The position numbers were made by a program, and so were the translations under genes. From assembly GCA_964473105.1 (NCBI GenBank), contig CAYYNQ010000097.1:8468-72467 (forward strand): DNA of 64,000 bases. Reading direction: 5' to 3'. The notes beneath the pieces are model-generated. The model saw nothing but the letters and a program-made list of their open reading frames with translations. It was not told the DNA's origin and ran no database searches. Source of the DNA: an uncultured Candidatus Sumerlaeota bacterium. Lineage in GTDB: Bacteria; Sumerlaeota; Sumerlaeia; MVZB01. Shown one piece after another: positions 29,018-37,889 of this stretch. The stretch's first letter is position 1. Each line of letters opens with the position of its first letter.

Positions 29018-31009
29018 CTAGAGTCGGTTGGCGACCAGATCCTCAACCACTTTGGGGTCGGCCAGCGTGGTCGTGTCGCCGATTTGATCGACGAGGTCTT
29101 CGGCGATCTTTCGCAGTATCCGCCGCATGATCTTTCCGGAGCGGGTTTTGGGCAGGGCGGGTGCAAATTGGAGTTTGTCGGGCGTGGCGATCGGCCCGAT
29201 TTCCCGGCGCACATGGCGGATAAGTTCCTCACATAGTCCAGCCGATGGTTCAACCCCCTCAACCACTGTGACGAAGGCATACAATCCCTGCCCCTTGATT
29301 TCATGTGGCATCGGAGCAACCGCGGCCTCGGCTACTTGTTCATGACTGACGAGTGCACTTTCAACCTCGGCCGTTCCAATACGATGGCCGGACACGTTGA
29401 CAACATCATCGATTCTGCCCATTAGCCAGTAGTCACCGTCCTTGTCAATCCTGCAGCCATCGCCTGTGAAATACATGTCGTTGAACATCGTGAAATAGGT
29501 GTCGATAAAACGGTTATGGTCACCCCAAGTGGTGCGCATCATGCCGGGCCAAGGTTTCCTGATGCATAACTTGCCACCCTCATTGGGGTTGCATTCAACT
29601 CCGTCATCGCGCAGGACGACTGGTTCAACGCCGAAGAATGGTCGGTTGGCGCTTCCGGGTTTTGTGATGTGCGCACCGGGCAGAGCCGTTAACATGTGAC
29701 CGCCGGTTTCGGTCTGCCACCAAGTGTCAACGATCGGAAGGATTCCACCTCCGATATGCCGGTGGTACCACATCCAGGCCTCGGGGTTGATGGGCTCACC
29801 CACTGTACCCAATACCCGCAAGCTGCCTAGGTTATATTTTTCGGGCCATAAGGGCCCCTTGCTGATCAGAGCACGGATGGCCGTTGGGGCTGTGTAAAAG
29901 GCCGTGGCGGAATATTTTTCACAGATCTGCCAGTAACGGCCCGGGTCGGGATATGTCGGTATGCCCTCGAACATGATGTTGGTTGCCCCGTTGGCGAGCG
30001 GACCGTAGGTGATGTAACTATGTCCCGTGATCCAGCCGATGTCAGCCGAACAGAACCAGATATCATCATCGTGAATATCAAAAACATACCTGTGAGTCAG
30101 ACTGGTCCACAGGAGGTAACCGGCGCTAGTATGGACAACCCCTTTGGGCTTGCCGGTCGATCCCGAGGTGTAGAGTATGAAAAGCGGATCCTCGGCATTC
30201 ATTGCCTCGGGGGGGCATGAAGCGGAGGACTTCGACATCAGGTCATGATACCAGTGATCTCTTCCCGCCTTCATGCCACAGTTCTCATCATTCCTGCGAT
30301 ATACGATGATATTCTTTATGGAAGGGGACTTGTCGGCCGCATCATCGGCGATGTCCTTGAGGCGGATGGACTTTCCAGATCTGAGTGAGACATTGCAAGT
30401 AACCAGCAGTTTGCAGGCCGAATCATTGATCCGATCTGCCAGCGAGTCTGCGCTGAATCCTGCAAAGACCACCGAATGGATCGCGCCTATCCGCGCACAA
30501 CCAAGCATGACAATGGGAAGTTCCGGGACCATCCCCATGTAGATTGCCACGCGGTCACCCTTTCCAATACCCATCAACTTGAGCACATTTGCGAATCTGC
30601 AGACCTCCGTATGCAATTGTTCGTAGGTGAGGGTTTGGCTGTCTTCATCGGGTTCGCCTTGCCAGATGATTGCCGGCTTGGATTTTTTTTCACCTTCAAG
30701 GTGTCGGTCCAGGCAGTTCACTGAAATGTTGAGTTGTCCATCCTCGAACCAGGTATGGCTGACCTTCCGCTCGGCCGTGTCCCATTGATGACGACATGCG
30801 ACCGTGGGTTTTTTCATCCAGGCCAGGTTATCCGCCTGCTCGAGCCAGAAGGCATCGGGATTCTCGATGGAACGCCGATACATTTCCTCATACCGCTGCA
30901 GGTTGATGTGGGCACGCCCAACCATATCCCGGTGGGGGGGGAAGGCCCGCTTCTCGGTCATCAGGTTGTCGGTAGAGATGACTTTTGTCGAATCGCTCAC
31001 TTCAATCAT
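29018..31009 (-). CDS. acs: Acetyl-coenzyme A synthetase (AMP-forming)
   Basis: 'YRRSIENPDAFW' N-terminal block, 'YTSGSTGKPKGVVHT' AMP-binding motif and 'PKTRSGKIMRR' C-terminal motif. The ORF is open to 31111; likely starts are at 31009 or 30961. Confidence 0.9.
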   Translation of the reverse strand: MIEVSDSTKVISTDNLMTEKRAFPPHRDMVGRAHINLQRYEEMYRRSIENPDAFWLEQADNLAWMKKPTVACRHQWDTAERKVSHTWFEDGQLNISVNCLDRHLEGEKKSKPAIIWQGEPDEDSQTLTYEQLHTEVCRFANVLKLMGIGKGDRVAIYMGMVPELPIVMLGCARIGAIHSVVFAGFSADSLADRINDSACKLLVTCNVSLRSGKSIRLKDIADDAADKSPSIKNIIVYRRNDENCGMKAGRDHWYHDLMSKSSASCPPEAMNAEDPLFILYTSGSTGKPKGVVHTSAGYLLWTSLTHRYVFDIHDDDIWFCSADIGWITGHSYITYGPLANGATNIMFEGIPTYPDPGRYWQICEKYSATAFYTAPTAIRALISKGPLWPEKYNLGSLRVLGTVGEPINPEAWMWYHRHIGGGILPIVDTWWQTETGGHMLTALPGAHITKPGSANRPFFGVEPVVLRDDGVECNPNEGGKLCIRKPWPGMMRTTWGDHNRFIDTYFTMFNDMYFTGDGCRIDKDGDYWLMGRIDDVVNVSGHRIGTAEVESALVSHEQVAEAAVAPMPHEIKGQGLYAFVTVVEGVEPSAGLCEELIRHVRREIGPIATPDKLQFAPALPKTRSGKIMRRILRKIAEDLVDQIGDTTTLADPKVVEDLVANRL

Positions 31010-31331
31010 TTCCTTCCCGCCAAACTGGCCGGTTTTCACCTCGGAACCCGGTCGAACTATACCCGTGCCTCCTAGGCCCTGTCTGGTGATGACGACCCGG
31101 TGCCTTCTCACGGGCTTGAATTAAATCCGGCGGCAACTTCACCCCGAATCTAATGTTTCAGGTTGCAATGCGCAAGGCCGACTTCAGATCAGAATCGGCA
31201 CCAGACCAGGGGGAATGGTTGATTTCAGTCCACATTATGTCCAGTTAAGTTGACCGATAATATGATTATTAATTATGCGTTGATTCTTTTAATATGATAC
31301 GGTTATCCGCTTGGGCTGGAGCCTGTAAGGA

Positions 31332-32012
31332 ATGGAAACTTTGCTGGAAAAATTTGTGCTTGACGGCGGATCCATGATGCTTGTCTTGGTTCCGTGTTCG
31401 CTGTTGATGGTCGGGGGGATTCTTCAGGGTTTGATCCGCCTGAGGCGTTTCCGGGTTATCCCCCCCGATATCGACCGTTCCGTGTCCGCAATCCGGAGCC
31501 CGGGAGACAGGACGGGTTTTCTCAACAGTATGTCGCGACACGCGGCCCCTCTCGCCCATGCGGTCTGGTTCACCTTGAAACATTTCAATGAATCGATGCC
31601 CCGCCCCTGTCGTAGCGTCATGCAGCAATCATTGGATGATGCCATGGTTGAGGTGGAGGAGGAGCTGCACTCAGGTTTGTCCCTGCTGTCAACACTCTAC
31701 ACGGTTGCCCCACTGCTTGGGTTGATGGGGACGGTGCTCGGCATGATTGATGCGCTATCAGAGTTTCAGGCATCACAGCAGCGGAGTGTTGCATTGCTGT
31801 CAGTCGGCATTCAGGAAGCCTTGATCACGACAATGTGGGGGCTGGCCATCGCGGTTCCGGCATTCGTTGCCGTGCAATGGTTTCAGTCGCGTATCCGTCA
31901 TTATACAAGGGTTGAATTGCGTAGCTTGGTCATGGACATTGTAGACCGTTATTACATGGGTGCCGGGGGTGGTGAACCAGAAGCAACAGGAAGGGATGTG
32001 GCCGTGTCATGA
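31332..32012 (+). CDS. MotA/TolQ/ExbB proton-channel family protein
   Basis: 'LSLLSTLYTVAPLLGLMGTVLGMIDAL' and 'EALITTMWGLAIAVPAFVAVQWF' motifs, three TM. 226 aa. Confidence 0.8.
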   Translation: METLLEKFVLDGGSMMLVLVPCSLLMVGGILQGLIRLRRFRVIPPDIDRSVSAIRSPGDRTGFLNSMSRHAAPLAHAVWFTLKHFNESMPRPCRSVMQQSLDDAMVEVEEELHSGLSLLSTLYTVAPLLGLMGTVLGMIDALSEFQASQQRSVALLSVGIQEALITTMWGLAIAVPAFVAVQWFQSRIRHYTRVELRSLVMDIVDRYYMGAGGGEPEATGRDVAVS

Positions 32013-32443
32013 GCCGGGCATCAATGGGGACCCGTCCCGGGAGATTGAGTGCGAGTATCATCCTGAATCCTTTGCGCGATATCCTGTTCATTCTGATTTT
32101 CTTCTTTATCCTTTCCACCACGTTTCGGGATGAGAATGTGCAGATTGAGGTGCGTCTGCCGGGGGCTGTGTCGGCGGAGGACCGTCTCAGGAGTAGGAAT
32201 CCGCCCGTGATCGTTGTTTCGGGTGAAAACGCGGTTTTTGTTTTTTCAAGGCAACTTGATGATAAACAACTGCGAAGGGAATTGAGGACCCTTGTTGGAC
32301 TGGGTCACCAGGCGGTGATTCTTCGCGGGGATGAACGCGCCAGCTATGGTCGGATTTATCATGTGTTCGATCTTTGCAAACAGATGGGGTTTCGCGAGGT
32401 ACTGCTTGATGGAAAAAGGGCACTTGGATCCGAACCTGGGTGA
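32009..32443 (+). CDS. ExbD/TolR biopolymer transport protein
   Basis: Single TM 'ILFILIFFFIL' and a periplasmic domain ('VILRGDERASYGRIYHVFDLCKQMGF'). The start overlaps the exbB stop (ATGA). Confidence 0.8.
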   Translation: MSRASMGTRPGRLSASIILNPLRDILFILIFFFILSTTFRDENVQIEVRLPGAVSAEDRLRSRNPPVIVVSGENAVFVFSRQLDDKQLRRELRTLVGLGHQAVILRGDERASYGRIYHVFDLCKQMGFREVLLDGKRALGSEPG

Positions 32444-32538
32444 TGCGTTGATGCAGTGGGTCCGCGGTTCGGCCTGAAATCATGAATTCTGAGTGATGGT
32501 CCGAATTAGAAACATGGGAGTCAGAAGGGGATGAATAG

Positions 32539-33000
32539 GTGTTTTGGGTAATTGTCCTGCTCCTGATACTGGGGATCACCCTCATATTTCTCGAGGTTTT
32601 CCTGCCGTTCGGGATTAGTTTGGTATGTGGCCTTGGTCTGGTTGTCTGGTCTTGGTATCTTTGTTACCAGAACACCACGGATCTGCCGATTGCATTGATC
32701 TGGATTCTGTTCTCAGGCGGTCTTGCATTGGTCACAATGTGGTGGGTGTGGCGTTCAGGAATAAAAATCCTGACACTTGAGCCGTTCGGCGGGAGGGACT
32801 CAGAGGTCGAACGTCCGGTCCGGGGGGATATTGTTCAGGTGCTCCATCCATTGCGTCCAACCGGATCGGTCCAGTGGAAGGGAAGGCGTTTCCCGGCACG
32901 TTCAATTCATGCCGAGAGGGAATTGCCCAGAGGATGTCAGGTGGTCATCCGCAGTGAGGATTCAATTTATTTCATGGTGGAACCTGTTAAGGAGGGTTGA
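32539..33000 (+). CDS. NfeD-family membrane protein (short form, OB-fold C-terminus)
   Basis: Two N-terminal TM helices, then 'GDIVQVLHPLRPTGSVQWKGRRFPARS...VVIRSEDSIYFMVEP', typical of the NfeD/YuaF OB-fold domain. Confidence 0.65.
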   Translation: MFWVIVLLLILGITLIFLEVFLPFGISLVCGLGLVVWSWYLCYQNTTDLPIALIWILFSGGLALVTMWWVWRSGIKILTLEPFGGRDSEVERPVRGDIVQVLHPLRPTGSVQWKGRRFPARSIHAERELPRGCQVVIRSEDSIYFMVEPVKEG

Positions 33001-33413
33001 TTTCCTGGGCATTCAAAGGTTCAGCCGGTTTTTTCGAACTTGTTTCAGTGCCGGTTTTCCTGTTGGTTTCCTGCCTTCATGTGGTCGCGAAACAGGCGTG
33101 CTCCAATGGTGTTCCGTCTGGCCTGTGGCCGGTCCGTTGGACGGCCGCGGGTGTCGTTTCCATGCCATTCCCTTCTTCGAAGGCTCCCATGGCATGGCAT
33201 TTATACCGATGATATCCTGTAGTTTATGCGATTCCCCGTTGACAGATCTGGGTCGTTATAAGAGAATGTGCCCGGATTCAATCTGAGATTATGGTTTAAT
33301 CGGACAAGTGACGTTGCGGATTTGGGCTTACCTGCGCGATGTCCTGTTTCCGTGGCGTTTACCGTGATCCGGATCTGGATTTCATCAGTTTGGGAAACAA
33401 GGGGGCAGTCGTG

Positions 33414-35609
33414 ATGGCTGCGGAAAAACAAGAACAATTGGGAAACGAATTCGAGGAATCTGGGAGCGATGTGTTCAAAGGGTCCTCTGCGGGTGAACTG
33501 GGGGCAACTTCGCCTCCCGGGCCCACAGCCGAGTATCAAGATGGGAATGTGGCGGACGATGAATACTTTGATCCCTCGGAGGTGGAATCCGCCCCCGATG
33601 AGATGGATGCCATGATGGATCAGTTTCTGGACCAGATGACCCCGAATGTCAAGCGGGGTCAGTTGATCCGGGTGCCGGTTGTTGCAGTGAAGAGCGATGG
33701 GATTCTCTTGGACGTTGGTGACAAGTCCGAAGGTTTTGTCCCGTTGAGGGAGGTGGAAGATGGCCGCGGTGATGTGACGGTTCAAGTGGGCGATGTCCTC
33801 GAAGTGATCATCAAGAACCAGGACCCGGAAACCGGACTGATCGGCCTGTCTTATCTTGAGGCAAAACGGCGGAAGGCGTGGCAGCATGCGGAGGACTGCT
33901 TCAAAAACAAAAAGCCCATCAACGGAAAGATCATCCGTACAGTCAAAGGCGGAGTTATCCTCGATATTGGGACGACCGCGTTTCTGCCAGCCTCGCAGGT
34001 CGACCTTATGCGCATTGAAGATTTTGAGGAACTGATTGGGCGGGAAGTTCAGGGATATGTCATCGAGTTCGAACCGGACAAGCGAAGGATCATTGTGTCC
34101 AGGCGAGCTTTGCTTGAGGAGGAGCGTGACAAGATTCGCGGCGAGATTCTCGGCAAGTTGGAGCTCGGCCAAGAACTGGATGTGAATGTGAAGCGACTTG
34201 TCAATTTTGGCGCCTTTGTTGATGTTCAGGGGCTGGACGGCCTGATTCCCCGTAGTGAGATCTCGTGGCAGCGTAGTGCGCGACCTGAGGAATATCTGAC
34301 TGTCGGGGAGACAGTCCGGATTCGTATAGTGGAGATCGACCGCAAAAAAGGCAAGATCACGCTTTCTAGAAAGCAGGCCATGTCAGATCCATGGCCTGCT
34401 GCGGAGGCCGACTATTCTATTGGGTCCAGGGTGAGCGGTAGGGTTGTGTCAATCACCAATTATGGTGCCTTTGTGCGTTTGCGGGAGGGGCTGGATGGCA
34501 TGGTGCACATATCTGACATGGCCTGGGACAGCCACGGAAGGAAACCCTCGGATTTTGTGGAGACCGGGGATGAAGTGGAAGTCCAAGTGCTTGCTCTGGA
34601 TTTGTCCGAGCGGAGGATTTCACTTGGTATGAAGCAGCTTGTTCCCGATTCATGGTCTGAGATGATCGAGCGTTACCCCAAGGGCAGTCGCTTCAAGGGC
34701 AAGGTTACCGGATTAACTCGATTCGGTGCTTTCGTTGAGTTGGAATCCGGTGTCGAGGGGATGGTACACATTTCCGACTTTTCTTGGGAGAAACGTATTG
34801 AACACCCCAAGGACGTTGTCAGCAGTGGTGATGAAATTGAGGTTTGTATCCTTTCTGTTGACCTGGAAAAGCGAAGGGTTTCACTTGGGGTCAAACAGCT
34901 TGTGAAGAGCCCCATGGAAAAGTTTCGGAAATCATTCAAGGCAGGAGACCTCGTCGAGGGCAAGGTTGTCCGGGTGAGTGACCAAGGCGCCTTCATTCAA
35001 CTAGCTGAGGGAGTGGAGGGTTTCATGCATGTTTCGCAGATTGACACAGACAGGGTCGAGAATCCCGCAGATATTCTGAAAGAGGGTGAGACGGTCCGCT
35101 CCAAGGTCACGAAGATCGAGCGGGGAAACAAGATTGCGCTTAGCCGCAAGGCGATGCTCAAGGCGCAGGAAAAGAAAACCATTTCCACATACATGAGATC
35201 CGGTTCCACAGAGGATAGCCTGCTGAATATGGGTGAACTTCTTGAGGATCTCCAGATCGAGGATGAACTAGGCCTTAGAAAATCCAAAACCGCGGAATCA
35301 GTGGGCCCGACTGAGGCAACCCCCTCGGATGATAATGGGAAAATATCCGCAGCTGGGAATCCATCCGTTGACCCTGTTCCCGGGTTTTCAGAAGATACAG
35401 CAGCACTCGACGCTGGAGCCGACCCTCGAGATCATGACAAACTGGTTGCTCAGCAGGCTCCCGATGAATTCGCCATGGACCAGTCCGATGAAAATCCTCC
35501 TTCTGTCATGGTGGGTGAATCTGGGGATTCGCCGGAATCTGAAGGTGCTGAATCCAACGGATCCGATATCACTCAATCCGAACATGACCCCTCCTCAACA
35601 GAAAACTGA
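33414..35609 (+). CDS. rpsA: 30S ribosomal protein S1 with acidic/low-complexity C-terminal extension
   Basis: Six tandem S1 domains (e.g. 'GAFVDVQGLDGLIPRSEISWQR', 'GAFVRLREGLDGMVHISDMAW', 'GAFVELESGVEGMVHISDFSW') followed by a D/E/S-rich tail of about 150 aa. ATG at 33414; the ORF is open from 33339. Confidence 0.85.
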   Translation: MAAEKQEQLGNEFEESGSDVFKGSSAGELGATSPPGPTAEYQDGNVADDEYFDPSEVESAPDEMDAMMDQFLDQMTPNVKRGQLIRVPVVAVKSDGILLDVGDKSEGFVPLREVEDGRGDVTVQVGDVLEVIIKNQDPETGLIGLSYLEAKRRKAWQHAEDCFKNKKPINGKIIRTVKGGVILDIGTTAFLPASQVDLMRIEDFEELIGREVQGYVIEFEPDKRRIIVSRRALLEEERDKIRGEILGKLELGQELDVNVKRLVNFGAFVDVQGLDGLIPRSEISWQRSARPEEYLTVGETVRIRIVEIDRKKGKITLSRKQAMSDPWPAAEADYSIGSRVSGRVVSITNYGAFVRLREGLDGMVHISDMAWDSHGRKPSDFVETGDEVEVQVLALDLSERRISLGMKQLVPDSWSEMIERYPKGSRFKGKVTGLTRFGAFVELESGVEGMVHISDFSWEKRIEHPKDVVSSGDEIEVCILSVDLEKRRVSLGVKQLVKSPMEKFRKSFKAGDLVEGKVVRVSDQGAFIQLAEGVEGFMHVSQIDTDRVENPADILKEGETVRSKVTKIERGNKIALSRKAMLKAQEKKTISTYMRSGSTEDSLLNMGELLEDLQIEDELGLRKSKTAESVGPTEATPSDDNGKISAAGNPSVDPVPGFSEDTAALDAGADPRDHDKLVAQQAPDEFAMDQSDENPPSVMVGESGDSPESEGAESNGSDITQSEHDPSSTEN

Positions 35610-37335
35610 TTCGGTCAAACTCGAACTGGTTGACGAGAACACTCTGGGAATTACGTTTGCCTATGACCGCAGATTAGTCCGGTTGATGCGTTGCCTGCGT
35701 GTACGCCGATGGAACAGAAAGGCAAAACGCTGGGAGACCCCGGTGTCCAACCTCGAACATGTCATGCGGATATTCAAATTATCACCCCCCGATCTTGACC
35801 GTGAAATTGGCGTGATCTGGAAGCGGCAGGCTGCTGGTGAACTGAGCGTAACCCTTGACCCCCTTTATGTTCGCATCAAAGGTAATGCTGCGGGAAGTTT
35901 TCCTGTTAACCTGGTTGATGAGGTGACGTCCTATCCGGTCCCTGGTCATCAATATTCACCTCGTTATCGCAAGGGCCAATGGGATGGAAGGCGCCGACTT
36001 TTCAATTCCAGGAAACTTGCCTTTCCGCGCGGCTTATGGATGAAGGTTCGGGAGGCACTTGAATCTGGTGGAGTCTCGAGAATTCATGTTGAGGATCAGG
36101 GTGAAACCGTCCCGCAAGGACCCACCCTTAGCGCCTGCGGAGTGCGCCATCAGCTTCGCGATTACCAGAAGGACGTGCTCAAGACCGCACTGGCCGCCCG
36201 GTCTGGGGTCATCCAGATGGCGACAGGTTCGGGGAAGACCCTGCTCGCCGCACATCTGATCCGGGGACTGGATCAGCCGACCTGTTTTTTTGTACATACT
36301 CGTGACCTGATGTATCAGGCGGCAGGGGTGTTCGATGATGAACTCGGAATCGAGGTAGGGAAGGTGGGTGATGGCCACGCATCGATTCGTCCGTTGACGG
36401 TCATGATGATACAGACCGGGATTCGGTGCCTAAGGGGTCTTGGAAAAGGGTCGCCGGGGGTTTCTGGGTTAATGGACCATGAGAATCAGAGCGAGGGTAT
36501 TGATGATGCAACACGCTTTGAGATCCGTGATCTGCTGTCGCGTGTTCGGGTAATTATCTTTGATGAATGCCACCATTTACCGGCATCGAGCTTTTACAGG
36601 GTCGCGATGGCCTGTAAATCGGCTTCTTATCGGTTTGGTCTTTCGGCCACGCCTTGGAGGGATGACGGCGAAGACATGTTACTGGAGGCAGCATTGGGCC
36701 CTAAATTAAGTTGTACCAATTGTTCATATTTGATATCCCGGGGATTTTTGGTCCGTCCACAGATTCAGATGAAATATGTCCAACCGGTTCATGAAAGCAA
36801 CTTTAAAGGGCGGGACTATCAGGATATTTACCGTGAACTCATCGTGGAAAATCATGAGAGAAATCGTGTGATCGCAATAGAGGCAGGGCAAAGCGCCGAT
36901 TCGGGCCTGTCGGTACTGATCCTCGTGAATCAGGTCAGGCATGGTGAGATCCTTTTGCCAAGTCTTCCAAATGCGGAGTTTATCCATGGATCCATTCCCG
37001 GGGAAAATCGAAAAAATGCTCTCAAAAGATTGGAACAGAAGTTGCAACCGGTTATGATAGCGACAACCCTTGCTGATGAAGGACTGGATATCCCCTCCTT
37101 GGATGTCCTGATTTTGGCCGGGGGCGGAAAATCGGCAACCCGTGCCTATCAACGGGTTGGTCGGGTTCTAAGGAGAGCACCCGGCAAAACACGTGCGCTG
37201 GTCCTTGACTTCATGGATGAAGGGCCATGGTTGAGACAGCACAGTCAGGCGAGGCTGGATCTGTACCGTGCCGAGCCGCAGTTTGATGTGGTAGTCGAGT
37301 CAACGAGCAGGAAGAATTTGCGTATCGATGTATGA
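35584..37335 (+). CDS. Superfamily-2 DEAD/DEAH-box helicase (COG1061/XPB-Res-like) with N-terminal extension of about 170 aa
   Basis: Motif I 'MATGSGKT', motif II 'IIFDECHH', motif III 'SATP', and a C-terminal helicase domain ('TTLADEGLDIPSLDVLILAGGGKS...RVGRVLR'). The start overlaps the rpsA 3' end by 26 nt. Confidence 0.7.
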   Translation: MTPPQQKTDSVKLELVDENTLGITFAYDRRLVRLMRCLRVRRWNRKAKRWETPVSNLEHVMRIFKLSPPDLDREIGVIWKRQAAGELSVTLDPLYVRIKGNAAGSFPVNLVDEVTSYPVPGHQYSPRYRKGQWDGRRRLFNSRKLAFPRGLWMKVREALESGGVSRIHVEDQGETVPQGPTLSACGVRHQLRDYQKDVLKTALAARSGVIQMATGSGKTLLAAHLIRGLDQPTCFFVHTRDLMYQAAGVFDDELGIEVGKVGDGHASIRPLTVMMIQTGIRCLRGLGKGSPGVSGLMDHENQSEGIDDATRFEIRDLLSRVRVIIFDECHHLPASSFYRVAMACKSASYRFGLSATPWRDDGEDMLLEAALGPKLSCTNCSYLISRGFLVRPQIQMKYVQPVHESNFKGRDYQDIYRELIVENHERNRVIAIEAGQSADSGLSVLILVNQVRHGEILLPSLPNAEFIHGSIPGENRKNALKRLEQKLQPVMIATTLADEGLDIPSLDVLILAGGGKSATRAYQRVGRVLRRAPGKTRALVLDFMDEGPWLRQHSQARLDLYRAEPQFDVVVESTSRKNLRIDV

Positions 37336-37855
37336 ACGGATCCTGACCTATCTCAATATCGCCCTAATCGTGCTTTGCGGCATTGCGATCTGGTATTTGT
37401 CAACCGAAACGTATACGAAACCCCGGGAAATAAGACTTGCTGAAATGCAGCTTGAACATATGGAGGTTGAGACAGGCTGGACGGAGTCGGATCCAGGGAA
37501 AAGGCCACCCTTGGTTCCAAGGCCGGCCATAACCCCCATAACACGTATGAATGCGATGAAGGAGTTGTATACACCGACGCCGACACCAACGCCGACACCA
37601 ACGCCACCACCAAAACCTCCACTACTTAAAGATCTGGTTTATGCATGGCGGTTAACTGCGATCAACAGCGAGACATCGATCGAGATTTTTGACGACAGGA
37701 GCAAGGAAACATTTGCAATGAACACCGGCGAATCGAGGAAACTAGCTGACAAGAAGGGGCAGGGTGAACATCTCGTTATTTTGGACAGTGTGTCAATGGA
37801 TGACTTGTGCGCAAAATTCACGTTTCTCGACCAGGAGCACAACCTTTGTTTCTGA
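37328..37855 (+). CDS. Hypothetical membrane-anchored protein with (Thr-Pro)n linker
   Basis: N-terminal TM 'LNIALIVLCGIAIWYL', linker 'TPTPTPTPTPTPPPKPP', and a C-terminal domain of about 80 aa. Its ATG overlaps the helicase stop by 8 nt (translational coupling). It lies immediately upstream of the secretin. Confidence 0.5.
   Translation: MYERILTYLNIALIVLCGIAIWYLSTETYTKPREIRLAEMQLEHMEVETGWTESDPGKRPPLVPRPAITPITRMNAMKELYTPTPTPTPTPTPPPKPPLLKDLVYAWRLTAINSETSIEIFDDRSKETFAMNTGESRKLADKKGQGEHLVILDSVSMDDLCAKFTFLDQEHNLCF
37571..37612 (+). repeat. Coding 12-nt tandem repeat (acgccgacacca x3, imperfect) encoding a (TP)n linker
   Basis: Read directly: 'acaccg acgccgacacca acgccgacacca acgccaccacca'. 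Confidence 0.7.
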
Positions 37856-37889
37856 TGATGGTTGAAACTTATCCGGAAAGGCTGAATGC

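Noticed and set aside
30684-30941. Two 8-nt homopolymers (T8 at 30684-30691, G8 at 30934-30941) inside acs as phase-variation candidates
   Set aside because: Only 8 nt long, in a central-metabolism gene. They encode ordinary KKK/PPP stretches, and 8-nt runs occur in several places in the window, including intergenic ones. They are not comparable to the 11-nt tract in the GT2 gene.
33201-34172. 323-aa ORF on the minus strand
   Set aside because: Entirely antisense to the well-supported rpsA (six S1 domains on the plus strand). It has no recognisable motifs and is a typical shadow ORF.
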